A model generated the notes under the pieces. The model was not told the DNA's origin, ran no database searches, and saw only the letters and a list, made by a program, of their open reading frames with translations. From Phoronis australis (taxonomy: Eukaryota > Animalia > Phoronida), in the NCBI GenBank assembly GCA_002633005.1, contig NMRA01000056.1:319165-383164 (forward strand): a stretch of DNA of 64,000 bases. Direction: 5' to 3'. A program made the position numbers and the translations under genes. Of this stretch, positions 56,201-64,000 are shown in pieces. The number at the start of each line of letters is the position of its first letter. Positions within the stretch are counted from its first letter, which is position 1.

Positions 56201-59200
56201 CGCACGTGCAATCTTCATTCACTACAGCAAGTCATGTGACTCTCAAAATGCCGTCGAATGGTGTTCATATTTTGTTGTTTCGAAACTCATTTTTGTTACC
56301 CTAGCGTCAATCGGCAAGCCACAATATGGGCGACAATTCACGTTCTAGTAACTTTCCAAACTCTATTTGTTATCAACATGGGGGCCATTGAACTAAAACA
56401 GCCTAGAAACCGAGATTCTTGGTAGCAAAAAAGACCGCATGGAAAAGAAACAGAACTACTGTCGATGCAAACTGTAGATGATATTCTAAACTAAGACATT
56501 GACTTTAAAAAATGAGCATAGTGCCGATTCCTGCTGGTTTAAAGCTATAACTAGAACAATTTTTAACACAATTGTACTAAAATAATACATAACATATGGC
56601 CAATGGACATCCTTTTCTCTTTCACAATCAATATTTTCAGTGAGTTCAATAACTTGTCCAGTGGCATTTCTCTTCTCCCTCAATTTTTTCGTTCTTTCCT
56701 GTTTTTTATGTGGAATAAATATTTTTACTGACTCATTGTACTAATTCATCAAAAGTAGCGAACAAAGATTGAACTGCAGAATCGTTCACCTTTCTGTGTT
56801 ACTTCCGTGGTAGCTCGATTTTGCAACTGAAGTTCCTCAGAGGAAAGATGTTGTTTCAAACGCTGTCTTCTGCAATTTTTAAGGAAACCAGTTTTAGAGG
56901 ACTGCCAAACACTGATGTCCTTGATGGACTTTTTTAATCAAAACTTTGAGATGTTAACACCTTTCGCACTTTTTATAAACTAGTAATGTTTCCTTTGTCT
57001 CTGAAGCTCAAGTTGGTTTCTTGCAAACTGTCAACCTTGAAGATATGAGCGTTTTTCAGAAGGATCTTCAACTTTAATTAGCCATAAGTTAAAAAATTAA
57101 CACAAACAATGACTCTCAATGTATAGAAAATATGGGTAGGGCAGAGGAACACCGGGACGGGGGAACATAGGGACGAGAAACATGGGGACGCGGGAATAGA
57201 GGGACCGTGGAACAGCGGTACTGGCCCAGATCACCCAAAGAGTTTTTTGAAACCCTTATAAGATTCACTGAGAATTTAAGTTGAGTAGAGTTGGGAAGTG
57301 ATTGTGAAAGTGAAGGCATTTCCTCCTCACCTGTGTTTTTAATTTCAATTGTTTCATTGAATAAATCATGAAAACTTAAATTTTCTAAATTTCCATTTTT
57401 GTGAAGAAATTTAGTTAACATTTAAATAGAATTTTACGTGTCCACCATATTACATACTAAACAAGTGAAGAATTTCGGTATATCAAATGACATTTGGTCA
57501 CGTAATAGATACCGTAGTTTGGCCATGAATAAACCTTTCTTTCTTGCTAAACTTTACTAACAATTAGACATGGTCACATGACCCAATTAATGGAACATCA
57601 AAGTCACATTCAAATTCACCAGGGCTTCTACATTCTGGCGGAGACTGTTTTGTAGATATTTAGCTAAACACGCAGACTTGTCGATAAGGTCCAAGATAAC
57701 CTCACAACTTTTTGTTCCGCCGGACGTTTAGATTTATACCATCCTTACCTGCAATCTAAGAACTACTTTGATGCTATGGTATCCTTGGAGATCCCGAGAT
57801 CGATTGACCACTAGGGGCGCTGACGCATTGGGTAGTTCAGAACGCCATATTGAAAAATCTATGCTTCAGACAAACGAGTGACTGTGCTTTGAATATGGCT
57901 GATTTACTGAGTGAAACTCATCATATTTAACCATGCTGGACAAGAGTTACTTCCCATCGCTTTCTGTACGAATTTCGTCAGGTGTATTCTAAACGGGCGG
58001 TACCTAGTATTCGTTTTACGCAATCCCTTACCTGAGGTAGAGGACGATACCAACCGTCACAATGAGAATGATCATCAATCCTCCAGCCGCACCTCCTATG
58101 GTAGCTATTTTTCGTTCTTCTTTGTAATTTCTCACTGTGGGACAAACAGTTACCGTCAAGGTTAGTTTTCACTGATTTTCGTAAAAACGCTTTTATCGTT
58201 GCACAGATTCCTTCATAACGATCTGGCAAATTTAACTTCGGTACTGTGGAGACATTAATATTTCATAGTTGAGGCAAGCTAAGTAGTAGTACATTTATGT
58301 ACTTCATTTTCTCATATTCTTTTCGTACACAATTTTCATAACAAGCTGCTATTAAAACACCAGTGAAAGGTTTTCAAATTAATATACCTTCGAGAGGGAC
58401 TTCTTCCACGCTATTTTCCACTTTAAACATTTGAAAATGCTCCTTTCTTTCCTGAAAACACCGTAAAAAGCAGACTAATAGAAAACATTCGACATAGACC
58501 TCTTTAGCGTTGTGATAGAGCAAATGTGACTGCTGTTTGACCCAACTTCAAAGTCTGGTCGTCGAGAAGATGAAACAAAATTTTTTTAATTCACGGCCAA
58601 TTAGCGAATATGCATTTTTTCGTGTATCATTTGAATATCTAATTATACCTCAATAGCGATTTGACGGGAAGTTGATAGCAAACATTTAAAAATCGATGTG
58701 CCTTGACTGCGTTTCTCGAAGTCGCCATCTTTGCAAGCAAAATGCTCCATCGATATCTAGGGTCACAGCAAATTTCAAGATTCGCCGCTATATTGGAAAA
58801 TGGCCACTGGGACAATCCACAGAAAGATCTCGTTAATTACACTACCAAATCTATAAAAACATTTACAGAAACGTACAACGTTGTTCTCGATGACGAAACC
58901 AAAAAAGAATCTATAGAATTTTCCAGTTTCAAGTTTTTGGTTTTTGTACATTCCGTAGGTCTTCCCGTCTCCGATTGTGAAATCAAACCCGTCGTCCAAC
59001 TCGGTCAAGTTCGCAGAAATGTATCGGTACTGCTTGTTAACATCCTTCCTTGCTCGAGTTTCATGGTATCCTGTCAAAGACGCGCTCTCTATCTTTGCAG
59101 ATCTTCGCCGCCTTGTGACTGGCGGCACTCGTTCGACAACAATCAGGTAATACCTAAAAATAACTGTGTTGCTGCTTATTTGCAAACAAAATATATACGA

Positions 59201-62200
59201 GGTCATGAATTCCACCAATACAATGACAAAATTGCTTTCAATCCCAAATTGATAACTCAAAACCCACCAATTTTAACACGGTTGGTCAACACATTTAAAT
59301 TAGACCACTTCATAAATGCTAATCTCAGCTGATCTATCAATGTCCTTTTAATGCTGGAGCAGTTATGCATTGCGTAATACCTTCGAAAAATCCAAATTTG
59401 GCTAACTTCGGAACGTCAAATCTCAGAAATGACTGATCGAATTCATGTGAAACTTCCAAGCATTCGTCCAATTGTTTCTAAACTGTTCCAGCTTTCCATG
59501 AGGGGTTACCAAACTATGACTATATGGTAATTATGAACAAATTCAAAAGTTGAATTAAGTGAAAACGAAATTATGTTTTAGAAACCAGTGACAGCGTTTT
59601 CGAGATTTCACCTTGAACATTTTTACCAAATGGAATTCGGTCATGTTATTGATACACTTGTTTTGTTTTGAATGTACCTTTCTTTTAGCTAAATTTTGAT
59701 AAGCAGCAAAAGCAGACATAGTCGCGTGTCTACCGGCTTTCTGCTTTCAGAAAATGAATGCATTTAGAGACCTATGTGCATAGTTCTCTGATGACTAAAT
59801 TCTCAGACTTGTTGGTAAGGTCACACGTCTAACTAACCACTTTCAAATATTTCTTGTTTGGTTCGTCAACAGATGGAAATATCTCGTAACGATTTTGAGA
59901 TATCTCATTTTTATCAAACTAAATCATATGGTTACCCAATCTTAGCCAAGACTTTCACGCAATGCATGTTTCTGACCTTATACTTTCTTTGTTCAGATAG
60001 TTGGAGGGCGCATGTATATGCACTTTAACTGTGTGTTCTGTCACTCTGTCTTTTTGTATGTCATCCAATTGCAGTCGAGGAACGTCTAAAAGAGCACCAA
60101 TGGCAAGAATCTGAATACGACCGGAAGCAAGGTCATAACATGCGCACAGTATCATCATCAGAGAAATCGAAAATAATTACATCAGCAAAACACTTCAAAG
60201 TTTGTTAAGATTAAATCAATTGTTTTGTTTATCACGCGCTCTTAAGTCCACCCAGACAAGGGGTGAGAGCCAGGTGCCCCCAGATTCGAGTCCTAAACAG
60301 ATCTATCCATCGCCATATGCTCCAAACCTTGCTGTTCAAATGCGCTTTCGCATGCCGGTGACAAATGGATTGGGTTAAATGTTTCACTAATCCAATTAAA
60401 ACATCTTCCAATGTAAGAATGCAATCAACCAACAAACTGTCTTTAAAAACACGCCCAGACACATTTCTTTGCAACATTTAAGCCATTTACGTGTATGATG
60501 TCGGATTTAAGAAATGGCGAAATCTCGTGAGCGTACTTTGGAACCAGAAATTACTAATCGCAGACAATTTTCTCATACCTCCCACACGACTTTCGCCAAT
60601 AACAGATCGTAATTCTTGAGAAACTACTGCAATGTGATTTCTCGCAGTGCGATGAATATCAGCGACGGTGATAAGACTGTATTCCAATAGATTAGCTACA
60701 ATTTTGTGAACATTCCCAACGGAAGTGAAAGACGTACTGCATCAAAATTGTTCAAGGCAATTAGGCCAGGTTCTTCACCGGCTTTAAAATAAACCCTGGA
60801 ACGTGTGATTTTCAACCAACCCTTTACACGTTGGCAAGTTTCAAGGAATTGGATTAGCACAAAGTCAATGTCTTATTACAGAGGTCATGTTAGCGAAATC
60901 GTTGTTGGACACGCAATAAACTAACGCTGTCCATATGAACGGATGCGACACATTTGCAATGAATTATGGGAAATCGTTCGCTGGCAGCAGACAAAACGTA
61001 CTATACATTTCCAGCTACCAGGTGTCGAGAACAAACGATACCCTGCTAATCTCTACTTGCACACGTCAGTTTTCGTCTATCCGTAAAATGTAAACGTTAC
61101 CTGACAATGCAGTCCAGCACACAATTTCCGTGTTAGGTCCATACCCGACTGAGGTTTTTCCAGACACAAATATTTGGTAGGACCTCCCTGGTTTTAAATT
61201 GGCAAGTTTTGAGCTTAAATTGTCCAGGTTGGTGCGTATCTTATGATTGTGAAAGGCTTCATCGAGAGACCACTGTATCTGAAATTAGTTACCAATAATT
61301 ATTAGTTAGCAATTAATTTGCGTGAAGTAACTAAACAAACCGTGTGGACGAACATTCCGCAAATGACCTGCACTGCAGGCTTGCATTGTATTCTTGTCTT
61401 TCCCTAGGCTTTCTTACTTTTTTAATGCACCCAAGGACTACTCCGAGTCATAGGTGTTATATCCAAGTCACGTGACCTGACCCCTAATGCATCATTTTTG
61501 CAGCTGGAATGTTTGAATCACAACTACAGTAAAATAGCAAGAATTTGAACATTTAATCGACTTTGGAATCTTAAATGGACCCAAATGTGTACCTTCCAGT
61601 TTATCCAAAAAGACAAAAAGACAGACCCAATCAATATAAGGTACTAGCATTTACCTTATACGCCTCCAGGATTCCATTGCTGTTGGCAGGTGCTGACCAA
61701 AAGATAGTGATGGAACTGTTCGACATCGTTTCAGAGCAACGTAGCGACGCAGGTTTACTGGGAACTGTAAAGAGGCTTCATTTTCAAGTGAGGAACGAGA
61801 GTTAACTCGTCGGCTGGGTGTTTTACCCTCTCGGGCGGGTAATGCGGCAACCGGGCGTAGGAAATACATGTCGGTAATATTGGTATTGACTCTGGTACGA
61901 TTTGCATCGCGTCGCATGGTCGCAGGCACACGGGCACATTGTGCCCAATACTGTAAGCGCAATGACACTTCCGAATACGAAAGGTCACGCTGGTCTTCGC
62001 GAGATATCGACATTCATTACAAGCAAAGCATATGAGCACGCTAATTCTACTCGCGACATTCCTGCGTTTATGGAGCTCATCCTCGCTAATGATTTTTAAT
62101 AGAGTACTGCACCCCCATAACCATTTTTGTACGAAAATATTTTTTTTAAAACGCCACAATAGCGAACTTTGAGCTAAAAAGGACAATAAAATTTAATCAA

Positions 62201-64000
62201 GTTATATGATCTTCGGAGGAGAACGCCTTTTTCAACCAGAGTGTCTTCTTACAGGTCATGGGGTGACGTCATTGGTTAGTATGTTAGGTTAATGTTTTGT
62301 CTTTCTTTAAAAGACAGGCAAATGACTGCGGGAATTTCTGAGAAAATGTATAATTAAAATGTTAGCATAACAAAACTGTTGTTTCAGAAGAGTAATACCA
62401 AGTGAAATAACATGACACAACGTTGCTTCTCTCACCGCGTAAGGCACCAACTGAGAAAATTTGGGAGTTCAGAAATATTTGGAAATTTCGCTGTAATCGC
62501 ATAATTTATGGACATGCGAGGAAAGCCGACGAAACGGAGAAAAAACGCGGCATAACCATGCTAGCCATTTATTAGTCGATTGCGTGACAGATATCAATAT
62601 TATGTTAAGAAGTCGAATCACACTTTTAAGTTACAAAATAACAAATTACACTAACCGCTTTGATGCGTTGTGAAGTTGGTCTCGTGACTCCACGGTCCCG
62701 CCATGTTGCCTACTGAGGCTCGAACTCGGAACGAGTATTTTGTGTAAGGCTTCAGACCTGTGAAGCAGAAGTCGCGACTATCGGATTCTTCGCTTGTAAC
62801 ATCACTAACCAAATCAGTACTGTAAAGCTGAAATCCATATGCTGTTACAATTCCGTTTACTCGGAGACATTCCACCTGTTCCCAGACGAAAGTTGCGGAG
62901 GAGTTCGTTATTTCAATCAAAGTCACGTTCCTTGGTGGCGCCGCCGGTGCTGAAATACACGAAATTAATACTAGCCGTCTTACAAAGGGCAACTGATTTT
63001 CAGTAATAGGTGCTGCTGGGTACAGAACACAATTACGCGCTATGCGCAACATGTCGTGCAAATGATACTAGAAATATGGAGTTTCCACCTCGCAGAAAAA
63101 AATAGATGATGGGATCAATGGAAAACAGCACATTTATTACCAGAAATCCACATGCAGAATTCCGTGCCTGTGAACAGCTGTTGAACACGTGGTATTTTAT
63201 GAAATGACGGAAACACGCAGGATTATTCGTAAATCTTCATTGTCTGTGCCCATCAACATCCAACCAGGAAAATTTCTGATGAACATTACAAACTGATTAA
63301 GTCATAGGCGGCGCACCATAGGGGGCTGGGGAGCTGTAGCTCCCCACTTTTTTCAGTGCTGCGCCGCCAATGGTCTATGGGTGGTGCACCGCACGGGGGC
63401 TGTTGGCTATAGCCTACACTTTTTTCAGTGCTGCTTATCAATGCTTAGGTGTCGGCTCTTTCACTTTGGTAGCGTGAGGAGACAGATTCCTCGAGAAGCG
63501 TGTACAGGATAGACAACAAATGTAACTAATGCTATGCACAGCAACCCATTTATCCTCAATTAGCAAATAACACCTAAAAAGACAGACGTTTGATTACAAG
63601 GCTAGTGTAGAAGCTTTAGACATTGGTGCAAAGTGCCACGTACGGCATTGCGAGACTATACAATACAGTGCATGCCTATTGTACAAACCGTAACGCAGAT
63701 GATGTAATGTCGTTAATAGCTAGGGTAATCGCATCCTACGTTGCACCTCCAGCAATCATTAACAGAATTACCTTTCCTATTAGGTGCTAGAGTTTCGAGA
63801 AAGCTCTCACCTGTTTGACTCGTTGTTAAAGTAACAGTCGACACAACTCCTTTCAAAGTCGGCCCAACAGATCTTATAGATACCTCGTAGTCGGAAAAGT
63901 TATAGATATTGGGAATAATCGCCATCGTCTCGTTTTCTGTTTTCCATGATGTTTGCCTAATGTTTGAACGGGGACACCGAGCTCTCGACAGAACCTTGAA
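43114..64000 (-). CDS. Receptor-type protein tyrosine phosphatase (FN3 repeats-TM-D1-D2), spliced and 5'-partial
   Basis: In-frame GT-AG exons, listed 5' to 3': 63811-64000, 62656-62949, 61655-61764, 61101-61278, 59977-60085, 58877-59153, 58388-58451, 58032-58134, 56790-56869, 55768-55964, 54613-54700, 53540-53653, 53273-53370, 52516-52647, 52062-52222, 51568-51703, 50863-51012, 49474-49570, 49007-49083, 48674-48808, 45950-46081, 45444-45607, 44192-44327, 43114-43188. Motifs DYINAS, DFWR, KCEEYWP, WPDHGVP, HCSAGVGRSG and MVQT. Confidence 0.95.
44192..44327 (-). CDS. RPTP D2 exon (P-loop, second half)
   Basis: (L)DGCTRSGYFCAMVNLFDKIIAEQGVDVFHTVKCVRSNRPEFIAEF; 136 nt, same size as the equivalent D1 exon. 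Confidence 0.92.
44638..45816. repeat. Near-identical 590-bp direct duplication around a single N (likely assembly overlap)
   Basis: 44638-45226 is repeated at 45228-45816, with n at 45227. Duplicates an RPTP exon (44854-45017 / 45444-45607). Confidence 0.9.
45444..45607 (-). CDS. RPTP D2 exon (WP loop to HC); second copy at 44854-45017
   Basis: PNNPSRQIKQFELINWPKNQ...PITIHCL; tttcag acceptor, gtaagt donor. Confidence 0.9.
45950..46081 (-). CDS. RPTP D2 exon
   Basis: SCAQYWPEIDTVQHGHFRVDF...ERSFSLTNTSK. Confidence 0.9.
46248..46412 (+). mobile_element. MITE family B copy with a perfect 5-bp TSD
   Basis: CAGGGGTGGATCCAGG...CTAAATCCGCCACTG, flanked by GGAAC (46243-46247 and 46413-46417). Confidence 0.85.
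46709..46949 (-). mobile_element. MITE family A copy
   Basis: CATGCGCGCACCC...GGGTGCGCCCATG; flanks CAGAG and TAGAG. Confidence 0.75.
47065..48235. repeat. Near-identical ~585-bp direct duplication around a single N (likely assembly overlap)
   Basis: 47065-47652 is repeated at 47654-48235 with few SNPs/indels; n at 47653. Confidence 0.9.
48088..48249 (+). mobile_element. MITE family B copy with a perfect 5-bp TSD
   Basis: CAGGGGCGGATCCAGG...CTAAATCCGCCAATG, flanked by TTATG on both sides. A partial duplicate lies at 47505-47652. Confidence 0.85.
48674..48808 (-). CDS. RPTP D2 exon
   Basis: [38 protein letters not shown]... Confidence 0.94.
49007..49083 (-). CDS. RPTP D2 exon
   Basis: GRARPYLVTSGNVDETDYINAVFVN. 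Confidence 0.92.
49474..49570 (-). CDS. RPTP D2 first exon
   Basis: TARRLCL...GKLPNNASKNRFSVLP. Confidence 0.9.
50863..51012 (-). CDS. RPTP exon, end of D1 and D1-D2 linker
   Basis: HQYKFIHTAILESVYGGETFIP...PLKKEFE. Confidence 0.93.
51568..51703 (-). CDS. RPTP D1 exon (P-loop and Q-loop)
   Basis: (S)AGVGRSGTFIMMDIL...LRQQRVNMVQTV. Confidence 0.96.
52062..52222 (-). CDS. RPTP D1 exon (WPD loop to HC)
   Basis: RELIHYHFTGWPDHGVP...PTVIHCS. Confidence 0.96.
52516..52647 (-). CDS. RPTP D1 exon
   Basis: KKCEEYWPDSHEVERYGHINV...YVTRTFEV. Confidence 0.95.
52845..53240. repeat. Intronic degenerate (GCT)n / minisatellite tract
   Basis: Pure GCT run at ~53212-53240, plus recurring CTGATGTTGGTGTT and GCTGCTGTTA units. 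Confidence 0.8.
53273..53370 (-). CDS. RPTP D1 exon
   Basis: GPNRHTVNDFWRLIWQKNITRVVMLTKTTEGDK; 98 nt. Confidence 0.95.
53540..53653 (-). CDS. RPTP D1 exon
   Basis: YDKNRVVL...SDYINASYIDGYKKPRAFIAAM. Confidence 0.95.
54613..54700 (-). CDS. RPTP D1 first exon (pTyr loop)
   Basis: FLPHGHIFPRTAATIVDNKKKNRFTNILP; 88 nt; uses an AAG acceptor. Confidence 0.9.
55768..55964 (-). CDS. RPTP juxtamembrane exon
   Basis: ...NPISIDDLDTYVTSRLADDSLNEEYK; phases match its neighbours. Confidence 0.85.
56790..56869 (-). CDS. RPTP juxtamembrane exon
   Basis: RRQRLKQHLSSEELQLQ... (basic stop-transfer sequence); phase 2 to 1. Confidence 0.8.
58032..58134 (-). CDS. RPTP transmembrane exon
   Basis: IATIGGAAGGLMIILIVTVGIVLYLR; ccacag acceptor, gtaagg donor. 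Confidence 0.9.
58388..58451 (-). CDS. RPTP short extracellular exon
   Basis: ERKEHFQMFKVENSVEEVPLE. Phase 0 to 1 bridges the neighbouring exons. Confidence 0.7.
58877..59153 (-). CDS. RPTP membrane-proximal exon with furin site
   Basis: YYLIVVER...RRRRS...YISA...FTIGDGKTYGMYKNQKLETGKFYRFF, the typical membrane-proximal domain of RPTPs. Confidence 0.92.
59977..60085 (-). CDS. RPTP extracellular exon
   Basis: DVPRLQLDDIQKDRVTEHTVKVHIHAPSNYLNKESIR; phase 1 to 2. Confidence 0.82.
61101..61278 (-). CDS. RPTP FN3 exon (C-terminal half)
   Basis: LANLKPGRSYQIFVSGKTSVGYGP. Confidence 0.9.
61655..61764 (-). CDS. RPTP FN3 exon (N-terminal half)
   Basis: VPSKPASL...SITIFWSAPANSNGILEAYK. Confidence 0.9.
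62656..62949 (-). CDS. RPTP complete FN3 exon
   Basis: PAAPPRNVTL...FVWEQVECLRVNGIVTAY...FTGLKPYTKYSFRVRA...GPWS; phase 1-1. Confidence 0.94.
63303..63372. mobile_element. Very short MITE-like inverted repeat
   Basis: CATAGGCGGCGCA...TGCGCCGCCAATG, with an internal GGGGAGCT..AGCTCCCC hairpin. Confidence 0.55.
63811..64000 (-). CDS. RPTP FN3 exon, truncated by the window end
   Basis: Open from 64000: ...AIIPNIYNFSDYEVSIRSVGP...LTTSQT; gtgaga donor, phase 1. Confidence 0.85.

Noticed and set aside
58154-58243. Possible 90-nt phase 1-1 RPTP exon (VPKLNLPDRYEG...)
   Set aside because: It would leave a 19-nt intron before the TM exon, and it contains that exon's likely ACTAAC branch point.
58703-59332. 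209-aa + strand ORF
   Set aside because: Antisense shadow of the RPTP exon 58877-59153.

Overview
Eukaryotic (invertebrate bilaterian-type) genomic DNA with two convergent, intron-rich genes, separated by an N gap and decayed retrotransposons. On the + strand (~14.5-33 kb) is the 3' part of a cAMP-specific phosphodiesterase PDE4 (dunce-like): linker, UCR2, the complete catalytic domain and the C-terminus. I did not find the UCR1 exons, which probably lie upstream of the window. On the - strand (64000 to ~43.1 kb) is a receptor-type protein tyrosine phosphatase with FN3 repeats, a furin site, a TM helix, an intact D1, a degenerate D2 and a C-terminal YANFK. Between the genes are two degraded LINE RT fragments, MITE-like elements and two single-N assembly overlap duplications. 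The most interesting signal is a tandemly duplicated, diverged PDE4 catalytic-domain exon (25688-25810 vs 26101-26229) that looks like a mutually exclusive pair. The intron between the two exons can fold into a long stem-loop. There are also candidate alternative first exons, including one in frame (17403-17466), downstream of a perfect CRE, that would give a PDE4 lacking UCR1 and UCR2. All exon boundaries were read by eye from GT/AG sites and reading-frame continuity; no database search or folding program was run.
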